NCBI RefSeq assembly: GCF_001194135.2
Contig: NC_068989.1
Span: 53,750,598-53,785,011, forward strand
DNA from: Octopus bimaculoides
Taxonomy: Eukaryota
Direction of reading: 5' to 3'
DNA length: 34,414 nt
Shown here: positions 12,296 to 23,154 of the stretch, piece after piece
Layout: each line of letters opens with the position of its first letter
Numbering within the stretch: the stretch's first letter is position 1
Made by a program: the position numbers and the translations under genes
The notes under the pieces: generated by a model
Database searches by the model: none
What the model was told of the DNA's origin: nothing
The model's input: the letters and a program-made list of their open reading frames with translations, nothing else

Positions 12296-12569
12296 ATTTT
12301 TATCATTGATATTGTACAAAGCCAAGAATTTTTAGATGATGTGGGTGTGATAGGGTCGTAGGTGTTTGTAGACAATAACAAATTAAATTGATGCTGGTCC
12401 TTGGCTGCTACCATTTTCAACAATATTGGAAGCATTGAAAGACGATTTAAATTTTAACACTGGTGGCTTTTGAATTCAGGACCACAAAAACTGTAATTAA
12501 ATGCTTTGTATTCATTGCGTTCATCGCAATTCTGCTAAATTTATCATACTGATATCTAAGGAGAGTTTA

Positions 12570-12721
12570 GTGGATTTGACCGAACCCCAGTACATGACTA
12601 GTTTTTAATGATCCCATCTCAAAAAGATAAAATATGTTGCTGACCCCGGTAGAATTTGAAAACATTACACAAAGAAAATACCACAAGATTTTCGATCATA
12701 ACTCTACAGATTCTGCCAACC
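12570..12721 (-). mobile_element. Highly degenerate SINE family A copy
   Basis: Remnants cgaaccccagtac, gaccccggtagaatttgaa and gattctgccaac in family order. Confidence 0.45.
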
Positions 12722-13329
12722 AGTGATTTTTGGTTCGTCAATAATTTTTCTATATTGCTCATATCAGTTAGGCTCCTATTGTAATAATAGTTTGCTTGTT
12801 ATAATTAGATATATCATTAATTCCTACAATATAATTACAGGACATGATGAATATGATATCCTTATTAGGCATGTGAAGGTACTCTGTCTAGTGGTTAGGT
12901 TAATAGTTGTAGTGTCGATTCCTGGTACAGGTGAATCGTTGTGATTGTGAGACTTTGAGTAAGGCATTTTCTTCTGCATTGCTCTCTTATATTCAACCAC
13001 ATTCTAGTGCTACCCTCATCTTCACCAGCTATCCATTGCTGACGGTCTACTCGGTCAAGAGTTGAAGGGCATGAATAAGAAGGAGATTCCAAAGGGCTCA
13101 AGTTCTGGACACAGCAAACTTAATAAGAGGTGGATAGACGAGTGGCGTAACATTATTTTTGTGTACTTATTTCCATTCCTTTCCGTAGTTTGATCCCTCA
13201 TATTCAAGATGCAAATTTTATTATATAAATATACTCCCGTGGAATCATGCTAACTTGTCTCTTTCAACAGCAAAAAAGAAGAAAAAAAGAAAACCAAACC
13301 AAAACAAAACAAAAAGCCTTGAGCACTAC

Positions 13330-13715
13330 CCATATCAAGGAAACACCATCGTACCGAAATTCTTTCTAAATAATGGGCCTCATTGTCACCGAGGAGCTCT
13401 ACGTCTCTCAGAAGTACATCCTTGGCCTAGCTTGTACTGCAAAACTGAGACTGGCCTTCTCTTCAGAGCCAGAAGATATTTCAGCAATCAAAATTTGCTA
13501 ACTCTATACAAGTCTCGAACAAGGTCCAATATGCCGTGTTGCTCCCACATCTAGCGCAGTGCAGCTCATTCGCAAAAAAACATCCTGACCTCATACAAAA
13601 AAGAGTCAACTCTATTGATTACCCTTCAGTCACTGACGGAGATTTTCCAGCTTCAGGACGACAGTTGTACGACAGTTGTTAGTCGACTTTTCTGTCACTA
13701 GAATAATGTTATTTT
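13330..13715 (+). mobile_element. Decayed Jockey/CR1-like LINE ORF2 fragment (post-RT region)
   Basis: LLFRARRYFSNQNLLTLYKSRTRSNMPCCSHI*...LIQKRV...PSVTD matches the LLTLYK..VRP.MEYCSHIW...IQRRA motif. Confidence 0.7.
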
Positions 13716-13892
13716 GGATGCAAGATCGCTTTAAATTCAAAATGGTTTATCAACTAAATCTGTAGACAGAATGATTGATAACGTTTTTAGTCACCGTTAT
13801 ACAAAATGTCTGTATTACATATATCTTGGGTCACTTACGTTCTATATTAGTCTGCAGTTTAATACTTTCATTCATATTCCTTCAATCATTAA

Positions 13893-13956
<64 letters not shown>

Positions 13957-14263
13957 AAACAAATACTTTTCTCTCTTCTTCACTCTCTCCCTCTCTCCCT
14001 CTCTCATACACATACACCACTCTCACTCTTTCTCTTTCTCTCACACACATACACCACTCTCACTCCCCCCTCTCTCTCTCTCTGTACGTACGTAAGTTTA
14101 TATATGTGTATGTGAGTGTGCACATATATATATAAAAATATGCATATATGCATATGTATGTGCTTGTTTGTGTGTACCTATATTTATATGAATGTATGTA
14201 TGCATATATGTATCTATCTATCTACCTATCTACCTATCTACCTAATCTACAGACACCACCTTA

Positions 14264-14298
<35 letters not shown>

Positions 14299-15209
14299 NN
14301 NNNNNNNNNNNNNNNNNNNNNNNNNNNNNNNNNNNNNNNNNNNNNNNNNNNNNNNNNNNNNNNNNNNNNNNNNNNNNNNNNNNNNNNNNNNNNNNNNNNN
14401 NNNNNNNNNNNNNNNNNNNNNNNNNNNNNNNNNNNNNNNNNNNNNNNNNNNNNNNNNNNNNNNNNNNNNNNNNNNNNNNNNNNNNNNNNNNNNNNNNNNN
14501 NNNNNNNNNNNNNNNNNNNNNNNNNNNNNNNNNNNNNNNNNNNNNNNNNNNNNNNNNNNNNNNNNNNNNNNNNNNNNNNNNNNNNNNNNNNNNNNNNNNN
14601 NNNNNNNNNNNNNNNNNNNNNNNNNNNNNNNNNNNNNNNNNNNNNNNNNNNNNNNNNNNNNNNNNNNNNNNNNNNNNNNNNNNNNNNNNNNNNNNNNNNN
14701 NNNNNNNNNNNNNNNNNNNNNNNNNNNNNNNNNNNNNNNNNNNNNNNNNNNNNNNNNNNNNNNNNNNNNNNNNNNNNNNNNNNNNNNNNNNNNNNNNNNN
14801 NNNNNNNNNNNNNNNNNNNNNNNNNNNNNNNNNNNNNNNNNNNNNNNNNNNNNNNNNNNNNNNNNNNNNNNNNNNNNNNNNNNNNNNNNNNNNNNNNNNN
14901 NNNNNNNNNNNNNNNNNNNNNNNNNNNNNNNNNNNNNNNNNNNNNNNNNNNNNNNNNNNNNNNNNNNNNNNNNNNNNNNNNNNNNNNNNNNNNNNNNNNN
15001 NNNNNNNNNNNNNNNNNNNNNNNNNNNNNNNNNNNNNNNNNNNNNNNNNNNNNNNNNNNNNNNNNNNNNNNNNNNNNNNNNNNNNNNNNNNNNNNNNNAT
15101 ATATATATATATATATATACATATACATATTATATAATATATACATACGTATATATATATGCATGTACATATATGTGTGTGTATATATATGTGTGTTTGT
15201 GTGTGTGTA

Positions 15210-15240
<31 letters not shown>

Positions 15241-15306
15241 ATGCGTGTGTATAAAATTTAACTTAAGCTAAGGAATGTTAATTAAAAACACCGCATCGTC
15301 AATACC

Positions 15307-15338
<32 letters not shown>

Positions 15339-15964
15339 CAAGAACACAGCCACCACTACCAAAATCACCACCGCTATCACCACCATCATCACCGCTATTA
15401 ACCTTGCGTGTCTGAACGCTACCAAATCAAGAGACAGTGCATGCACTTATGGTAAATCTCTGTATGGAAAAACGCACAGCGTTTCATAGATTTTCGTCTT
15501 GAACACATGAAGAAAATACAGCGTCTAGATTCCTTGGAGTTGTAAATGAGGAACTTTACGTTCTGAGCACACAGCCATATTCAAAGACTTTGTCTTTCGG
15601 TAGATGAAAGGATGTTGTTTTGTCTAAAGTATCAAGAGTGGAAAACAGCCTTTGTACTTACCGTGGAAAATCTATGACGAGTATGAAAGGTTTGTTGTCA
15701 GGGATATTTCACTTATCTGAAGGCGAACAAAGAGGTTATGTCTTATATAAAACTGGTTGAATGGTTGATATTCTGGCTATTTTTCGCAAGCAGGGAATCA
15801 TGTTTGTGTTAAAATGAATGCTTAATAATAATCTTTTTTAGTTGGATTAATATATATGTAAATTACCTTCATCAATCCCGTGGACGCTACAGTTTCATAG
15901 ACAGACAGACATTAAGATTTGATAGATGGATAGATAGATGCATAGATAAACATATATATATATG

Positions 15965-16032
<68 letters not shown>

Positions 16033-16054
16033 CATACATATATTNNNNNNNNNN

Positions 16055-16129
<75 letters not shown>

Positions 16130-16860
16130 CATACATATATTTCAAGTATTTTTCTAAAAACATAACCAGAAAATTTAACAAAAACAAACGGAAAATTCTT
16201 AGCTAATTCTTGATCAGTCAGCGTCCAAGAGATCATAATGGTTTTGCGCCACACACGCACACACATAAACATGCAGACAGACAGTGAGAGAGATACACAC
16301 AGACACACACACATCTTATGCCAAAATCAAGAATGTCTAACATCCAGTGTTAGAAACTCACTGACAAAAAAATCAGTTCAACTTCCCTCATATTACACCT
16401 TGCTAATTCTGAGTAACGAATGGACAAGCTGTGTGGCGTTGTATCTCTAAGAATATATATAAATATATATATATACATACATACATAACATACATACACA
16501 AATTGAGGTGCATCGTTTATAAGCAATATGGGTTTTAGTGAACGATATTGCGTGGACAAATATAAGCAAATGGCTGATTAACCTGACCATGCGTTGGTTC
16601 TCGTTGAACTCTGAACGAACATCAAAAAGAATAGAAAGAGCTGCAAATAGAATAACATTCAACTAATGTAAATAAAAATAATAGTAAACAAAAGGATTTT
16701 ACGAGTTATAGACTTTGAAATTTATTTATAGAAACACTTAAACACTTAATGACTATATATGTATACACACACACATTTATACATGTCTATATACATATAT
16801 AAATACGTGCATATATATATATACATATATATACACACAGACACACACACACACACACAC

Positions 16861-16922
<62 letters not shown>

Positions 16923-16943
16923 TGATTTATATTGATTTATATA

Positions 16944-16972
16944 TTGGGTTGGTGCATAATTATTGCGGCTTT
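16944..16972 (+). mobile_element. Isolated mariner-type terminal inverted repeat (Hsmar1/MADE1-like) abutting an N gap
   Basis: TA-TTGGGTTGGTGCATAATTATTGCGGCTTTT closely resembles the Hsmar1 TIR TTAGGTTGGTGCAAAAGTAATTGCGGTTTT. Confidence 0.65.
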
Positions 16973-17302
16973 TTTTTTTTCAAGAANNNNNNNNNNNNNN
17001 NNNNNNNNNNNNNNNNNNNNNNNNNNNNNNNNNNNNNNNNNNNNNNNNNNNNNNNNNNNNNNNNNNNNNNNNNNNNNNNNNNNNNNNNNNNNNNNNNNNN
17101 NNNNNNNNNNNNNNNNNNNNNNNNNNNNNNNNNNNNNNNNNNNNNNNNNNNNNNNNNNNNNNNNNNNNNNNNNNNNNNNNNNNNNNNNNNNNNNNNNNNN
17201 NNNNNNNNNNNNNNNNNNNNNNNNNNNNNNNNNNNNNNNNNNNNNNNNNNNNNNNNNNNNNNNNNNNNNNNNNNNNNNNNNNNNNNNNNNNNNNNNNNTA
17301 TA

Positions 17303-17335
<33 letters not shown>

Positions 17336-18087
17336 TGGTGTATATCTATACATAAATAGTTAGAAGCAAATTTGTATTATGGATGTAATACGGTATTACG
17401 AAATGGAAAATGTCATTCTTTATGGCCCTGCTCATTTTCTCTTCTGTGTTGCTAACATGATTGCGTCAAATGCTGTTAGTACGATGGTAACGTTTTCAAG
17501 AAAGAGGAGGAAGAGGAAGAGAAGAAGAAGATTATTTCAATGTCGTTAGTGTATTTTTTCAGTCCATTTGCTTTTGTGCCAGTTTTTCTTCATAATTATT
17601 CTTTGCTTTTCAATGTCTAAATAAAGTTCTATTGTTTGCTTGCTTTGAAGTTCTGTTGCTAATATTTTCATTAATTCTTCTTACATCCATTTTTCAATGA
17701 GTTGATTTCCCAATTGATCAGTACCTTTAAATACTCCTTGGTCTTCCTAACGCACTCGTAGGCGTGCCGTGAAATTTGTGGCGTGAATTAGGCATTTTAG
17801 ACCTTGTGAGTGTATTCCTCTCCAGTCAGGTCTGATTACAGAATGAGGGGAAAAAAATACAAGAAACAGGCGAAAAGAAAGTGGCAGTAAAATCGATTCC
17901 ACGCGAAGGGATGAAAGACAAATCTGCTTTCAGAAGGTTTCGAAATGAAAGAAAGGAGAGAAAACACAAAATCGTAACACAGTCTACCTAAAACTCAAAC
18001 GACCGCACCAATAGTTCGGCTATATCTGATATACTATTGTCATGTTTTCACTGATATTTTTGCTTCGTTTATATTTTTTACATCAGT

Positions 18088-18293
18088 CAGAATCGTTGGC
18101 GCGCCGGGCAAATTGCTCTGCAGCATTTTGTCTTTCTTTGCATTTTGAGTTCAAAATCTGCCGGGATCGATTTTTACCTTTCATCATTTCGGAGTCGATA
18201 AATTAAGTACCAGTGAAACACCGGGGTCGATGTAATCGACTTAATACCTCCTGCAAAATTGCTGGCCTTATACCAACATTTGAAATCAATATT
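18088..18293 (+). mobile_element. SINE family A copy (tail gamma)
   Basis: gaatcgttggcgcgccgggcaaa...gagttcaaaatc...gtcgataaattaagtaccagt...aaattgctggccttataccaacatttgaaatc. Confidence 0.85.
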
Positions 18294-18634
18294 GTTTCAG
18301 TTAGTCTATCGTAAGTATACCTATTATTACATATTGTTTGATCATAGTACGTCTCAGATATGGACTGTGCTTATGCCGAGAATACAATCTCGAAGGGTTT
18401 AGCCGAACAAATCGACAGAAAACATATTTTAAGTGTCATTCTTACTCTGTCTATACGTCTCTTTGTAACCGAATCACTGACTTGCGAAAAGGTAGAGAAA
18501 CCCACGTAAGTTGCCAAGTAGTATGAGCCAACAACAAACACAAAGATGCATGCACACACATAAACATATATACACGAATACATACATATACGTACACACA
18601 CGAACGTGTATATGTGTAAATGCAACAAGGTTCC

Positions 18635-18790
18635 ATACAGTTTCCGTCTCTCAAACTATTTCACATGATATTGGTTGGTCCAAGGTTAGAGCAGAAGTCA
18701 CTTTCCCGGGGAGAGGGGGGTCAGGCATTGGATTTGAACCTGAAAACGCGTATTTGTAAAGCACACTAGTAGCCCATACAGGTATGCCTG
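18635..18790 (-). mobile_element. Degenerate SINE family D head
   Basis: cagtttccgtct...tggtccaagg...agaagtcactt...ggatttgaacc matches 32256-32350. Confidence 0.5.
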
Positions 18791-18981
18791 TTAATATTCT
18801 TTTCCCTCTCTTGCTGTGTTTTTTATTTGCTGTCTTGTGTGTGCGTGTTTGTGTGTGTATGTGTGTGTATGTGTGTGTGTGTGTATGTGTGTGTGTGTGT
18901 GTGTGTGTATTATTTAATAAACACAGCTTTTATGTTCTAATATTAGTTTCATGCGCTAAGGGCATGCCAGATAATATTCTC

Positions 18982-19036
18982 TAACACGTCTGGTTTCCTA
19001 GTGCCTGCTGATTGTGGTAGGACACCAGACGTGTTA
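18982..19036. repeat. Inverted repeat, 19-bp arms (18/19), 17-nt loop
   Basis: TAACACGTCTGGTTTCCTA / TAGGACACCAGACGTGTTA. Confidence 0.9.
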
Positions 19037-19208
19037 AAAAGTACTGACCTGCATTCGCTCAGCACATGAAACAAATAATAGCACATAAAATCATATACTG
19101 TGTTTATTAAATAATATCTCTCACCAGATAGAGTACTTTTTTGTAGATATTACTATTACGGAACAGCACACAATATATGTGTGTGTGCGTATGTGTGCTT
19201 GTGAGTGA

Positions 19209-19282
<74 letters not shown>

Positions 19283-19292
19283 NNNNNNNNNN

Positions 19293-19466
19293 TGCTTAGC
19301 GGCATTTCGTCAATATTTACGTTCTGAGTTTAAATTCCGCCGCCGAGGTAATCTTTTCTCTTTCGGGGTCGATAAAATAAATACCAGTTAAACACTAGGG
19401 TCGATGTAATCGACTTAACCCTTTCCTAAAATTGCTGACCTTGTGTCAAAATTTGAAATCGATATT
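19293..19466 (+). mobile_element. SINE family A copy (tail gamma), head lost in a small gap
   Basis: tgcttagcggcatttcgtc...ggggtcgataaaataaataccagt...aaattgctgaccttgtgtcaaaatttgaaatc. Confidence 0.85.
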
Positions 19467-19544
19467 ATAATTACCATCACAGCAATAATAGAATTGATTC
19501 CAGATTTTCTCACAAGGACTGGAATTTTGAGGAAGGAGTTAAGT

Positions 19545-20086
19545 CAATTAGATCGTCCCCAGTATTCTACTGGAACTTATTTTATCGAAGCTGGAAGTCG
19601 ACCTCGATGGAATTTTGGATCTGAACTTGAAGACGGAAGGAATACCGCTAAGTAGAAAGGATAGTGTTCTAGTAGTGGCGGTTTCTAACTTGAGCACAGA
19701 GCCAATAGTTTTGGGGTAGGAGGTAGTGCTTGATATCATCGACTTCTGTACTTGGCTGGTACTCTGTTTTATCGACCTCAAAGGGATGAAAGGCGAAGTT
19801 AATTGCATTAGGATCTCAACTTAGAACGTAGAGATACGTAATATATACCGCAAAACATTTTGTACGACGCACTTAATGGTTCTGCACAGAACGACAGCTT
19901 TAATTATTTCTATTAAAAAGCTTTGTGGGTGGGAGATATTTAATTCCATCGACCCCAGGGTTAGACTGATATTCATTTCATCTATTCCGAAATGATGAAA
20001 GGCGAAGTCGACATTTGACTGAAAATGTAAAGCCAGAAGAAATGTCGCTCAACATTTTGCCCGGTCTGCTAACGATTCCGCGAGCT
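19545..20086 (-). mobile_element. Three degenerate minus-strand SINE family A copies (about 19545-19652, 19732-19885, 19930-20086)
   Basis: Each shows plus-strand core remnants such as cgacccca..., ttttatcga, gatgaaaggcgaagt and head remnants (cattttgcccgg, aacgattc). Confidence 0.7.
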
Positions 20087-20598
20087 GGATACCTTTATGT
20101 TTTAAATTATAATGACACTAGCTAGCAGGAACCATGGAAATTCCACATTGTATGTGAATATCTACTTGTCCTTCTGCCGCTGTATGTATCTGTCTATTCT
20201 CACAATACCGAAAAGAATTTAAAACTAAATTTAAAAACAAAAGAAAAGGAATAACCAGTGTCCCAGCATGGCCAGAAACTTTGATCCGAAGCATGTAAAA
20301 GATGTTTAACAACTACAGCTATTTTATAAATCAAGTCATTTCCCATTAATTTAATCATCTATCGATGTATCTTTTGATGCATAAACTTATAAAACTTATG
20401 TTAAATATTTTGGGCTCATATATATATACAAATACACACGTACATGCACACACACTCACACATACCTACATACCTACATACCTACATACCTACATACCTA
20501 CATACATACATGCATTCATATATACATATATATACACACATACGGGTGTGTGGACAAACGAAAGAAGGACACTCAACACATTTATTAGGAGTTACACG

Positions 20599-20805
20599 TA
20601 TGGATCAAATCAGTTTAATTCAGATTCATTGGTACTCCGAGTTTCAAAACGTGGTGCTAATCCTCAGCCACTGGAAATTTCCAATGGTTGGAGGATTAGC
20701 ATCATGCTTTGAAACTCGGAGTGGCGTTTCCAATGTCCGAGGATTAGTATCACGCTTTGAAACTCGGAGTAGCAAGGAATGTGATTCTAACCATTCTGAT
20801 CCATA
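20599..20805. mobile_element. Foldback/MITE-like palindromic element with one arm duplicated in tandem
   Basis: Left arm 20634-20677 is the inverted complement of right arms 20678-20722 and 20727-20770. The outer flanks TATGGATCA...CATTGGT and AGCAAGG...TGATCCATA are also inverted-similar. Confidence 0.8.
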
Positions 20806-20859
20806 TATGTGTGTATGTGTGTGACTACGTGTGTGTGTGTATGTGTGTGACTACGTGTG

Positions 20860-20910
<51 letters not shown>

Positions 20911-21400
20911 CCATTCGAATTATTACCTCTCTTGGCCTAATACATGGTGAAAATCGACAGACTACAGCAATAAAGAAAATAATATAATAGTATGTATATT
21001 ATATTAAATAAACAACACAACAGGGTAAATAAGAAAAAATGAAATAAATATCAATATTGCAAAACATTAATTCGAGTTAAATAAGAATATAAGCACATTT
21101 CTTTTTCTGTACAGTTGTTGGTCGAAAAACGGAAGAAGGAAATATCCAGTAAATTGCTAGCTTTATTTGTGACTGCTTTATTAGAAGCTGATCTGTAGCA
21201 CTGATTGTGGAAGGACGACAGGTGCTCTCAGAATTGCTCAAAGAAGCCAGGAAATGGACTACCAGATGCTTCCCTTTGTATCCGAATATCAGTAGCATAT
21301 AAAGAATGCGTTTACATTGATATTTAACTCGTAATGAGGTTTCATGATATTGAAATTTATATTAATTAAATTAACATAATTATGATACACATGTAATGAC

Positions 21401-21412
21401 ATAATAATAATG

Positions 21413-21477
<65 letters not shown>
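21401..21477 (+). repeat. (AAT)n microsatellite; tail of the adjacent minus-strand SINE
   Basis: Direct reading. Confidence 0.95.
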
Positions 21478-21645
21478 CCTTTCTACTATAGGCACAAGGC
21501 CTGAAATTTTGGAAGAGGGATGAAGTCGATTACATCGACCCTAGTGTTTCGCTGGTTCTTGATTTATCGACCCCGAAAGGATGAAAGGCAAAGTTGACGC
21601 CGGCGGAATTTGAACTCAGAACGTAGCGACGGGAGAATTACCGCT
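21478..21645 (-). mobile_element. SINE family A, 5'-truncated, tail beta ending in (ATT)n; fused to the 5' end of the R4/Dong LINE
   Basis: Plus strand ccttt ctactataggcacaaggcctgaaatttt...atcgaccccgaaaggatgaaaggcaaagt...gaatttgaactcagaacgt...ccgct, then LINE sequence with no gap. Confidence 0.9.
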
Positions 21646-23055
21646 TGAAAGTCTTGTACATACTACCAGCATTTTCTCAATTGACGTAGGTATGGAATTT
21701 GGGATAGAAAAGTACGCTATATTGAAACTGAAACGAGGAAAATTTGAAAGAAACCAGGGAACTGAAATGTCAAATGGACAAACAATGAGAGCGATGTAGA
21801 AAGGACAATGGTGTAAGTACTTAGGAACACTGGAAGCAGAGGAAATAAAAAATGAAAGACTGGAATAAATGACCAGTAGGGAGTACACAAGGAGAGTAAA
21901 GTTGCAGTCAAAGCTGAATTCAAAATATCTTATTAAAGCAATAAGTTCAAGAGCAGTACCCGTAATCAGATATGGAGTTAGAATTACTGAGTGGACCACG
22001 ATATAAAGAAACTTGACAGAAAAACTAGGAAATTGTTGACGATGTATGGAGTTCACAGTCCGAAGTCTGATATCAACCGCCTGTACTTGAGGAGAGATCA
22101 GAGTGGTTTCTGATAGCAGTAGAAGAATGTGTACAGATGGAAAGAAAAAGCCTGGTAGACTATTTACAGTGCAGCACAGAAAAAGTACTAAAGGCAGTAA
22201 AGAGCAGGTGATGAAGCGCGTAAGAGGAGAAACGGACGAGAATGATATACAAAGAGAGCACATCAGACAAATTGAAGAAAAACCCATGCATGGCCAATTT
22301 CGGAGAGCTACTGAAGACGTATGTGGAAAAATCCTGGGCTTGGTTAAAAAAAGGGGCAATTAATTAAAAAGAGCCTAATTGTAGCAATAAAAATAAACTT
22401 CAGAAAAAATATACCTGGAGAGAATGTTTCAGAAAAATGTAGAGCCTGTGGCACTTGGAATGAGACAGTGGCACAGAACCAAGTTGTAAAAGTGTTATAT
22501 TGGAAATTGTGCCAGAATGGGGATTTGAAACTGGAAACACATTGTATAATTACCGAATCAAAAGAGTACTGGAGTCGGAGAAATGTAAGGTTTTGTGGGA
22601 CTTTCCTATTCAAACGAACAAGAAGTTAGAAAATAATAGACCGGACATAACAATAATAGATAAGGAAAAGCGAAGTCACTTACTGATTGACCCATCATGC
22701 CTGTTTGATTAGAGGATCGTAAAGAAAGAAGATGAAAAACAAAACAAAAATGCAATCCTTTAAAATTTGAAATAGGGAGAATTTGGACCATGAGAACAGT
22801 AAAGGTCGTGCCTATAATAATTGGTGCACGGCGAACAGTAAGCAAAGATATAGACGAATGGCTGGAGGAGACTGGAATAGAATGTCCTGTAGAACTCCTT
22901 CAAAAAGTTTGTCTCTTAGGGATAGCAAGGATTATCAGGAGGATTCTAAGCACTTCAAAGACAATTAAAAACTTGTGGATACCTAAGGTTACAGGCAGTA
23001 ATCTGCTACCCACATTAATTCTACCAGGAATAAGACCAAACCTGAGCCAACACAA
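21646..23055 (+). mobile_element. 5'-truncated, decayed non-LTR retrotransposon with restriction-like endonuclease (R4/Dong clade)
   Basis: Frameshifted frames give RT C-terminal/thumb motifs (GMEFGIEKYAILKLKRGK, KYLG, AVPVIRYG), EKPMHGQF, a CRAC zinc-knuckle start, the RLE block LWDFPIQTNKKLENNRPDITIIDKEKRSHLLIDPSC and the end VKVVPIIIGA...LLQKVCLLGIARIIRRILST. A short 3' UTR follows and ends in (AAT)n. Confidence 0.88.
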
Positions 23056-23079
23056 AATAATAACAACAACAGCAACCAC

Positions 23080-23080
<1 letters not shown>

Positions 23081-23136
<56 letters not shown>
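23081..23136 (+). repeat. (AAT)n microsatellite at the LINE 3' end
   Basis: Direct reading. Confidence 0.95.
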
Positions 23137-23137
<1 letters not shown>

Positions 23138-23154
23138 GTAATAAAAATAATAAA

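Noticed and set aside
20678-20770. Tandem 44-nt repeats as a CRISPR-like array
   Set aside because: Eukaryotic context, only two direct copies with a 4-nt linker, and part of a palindrome.
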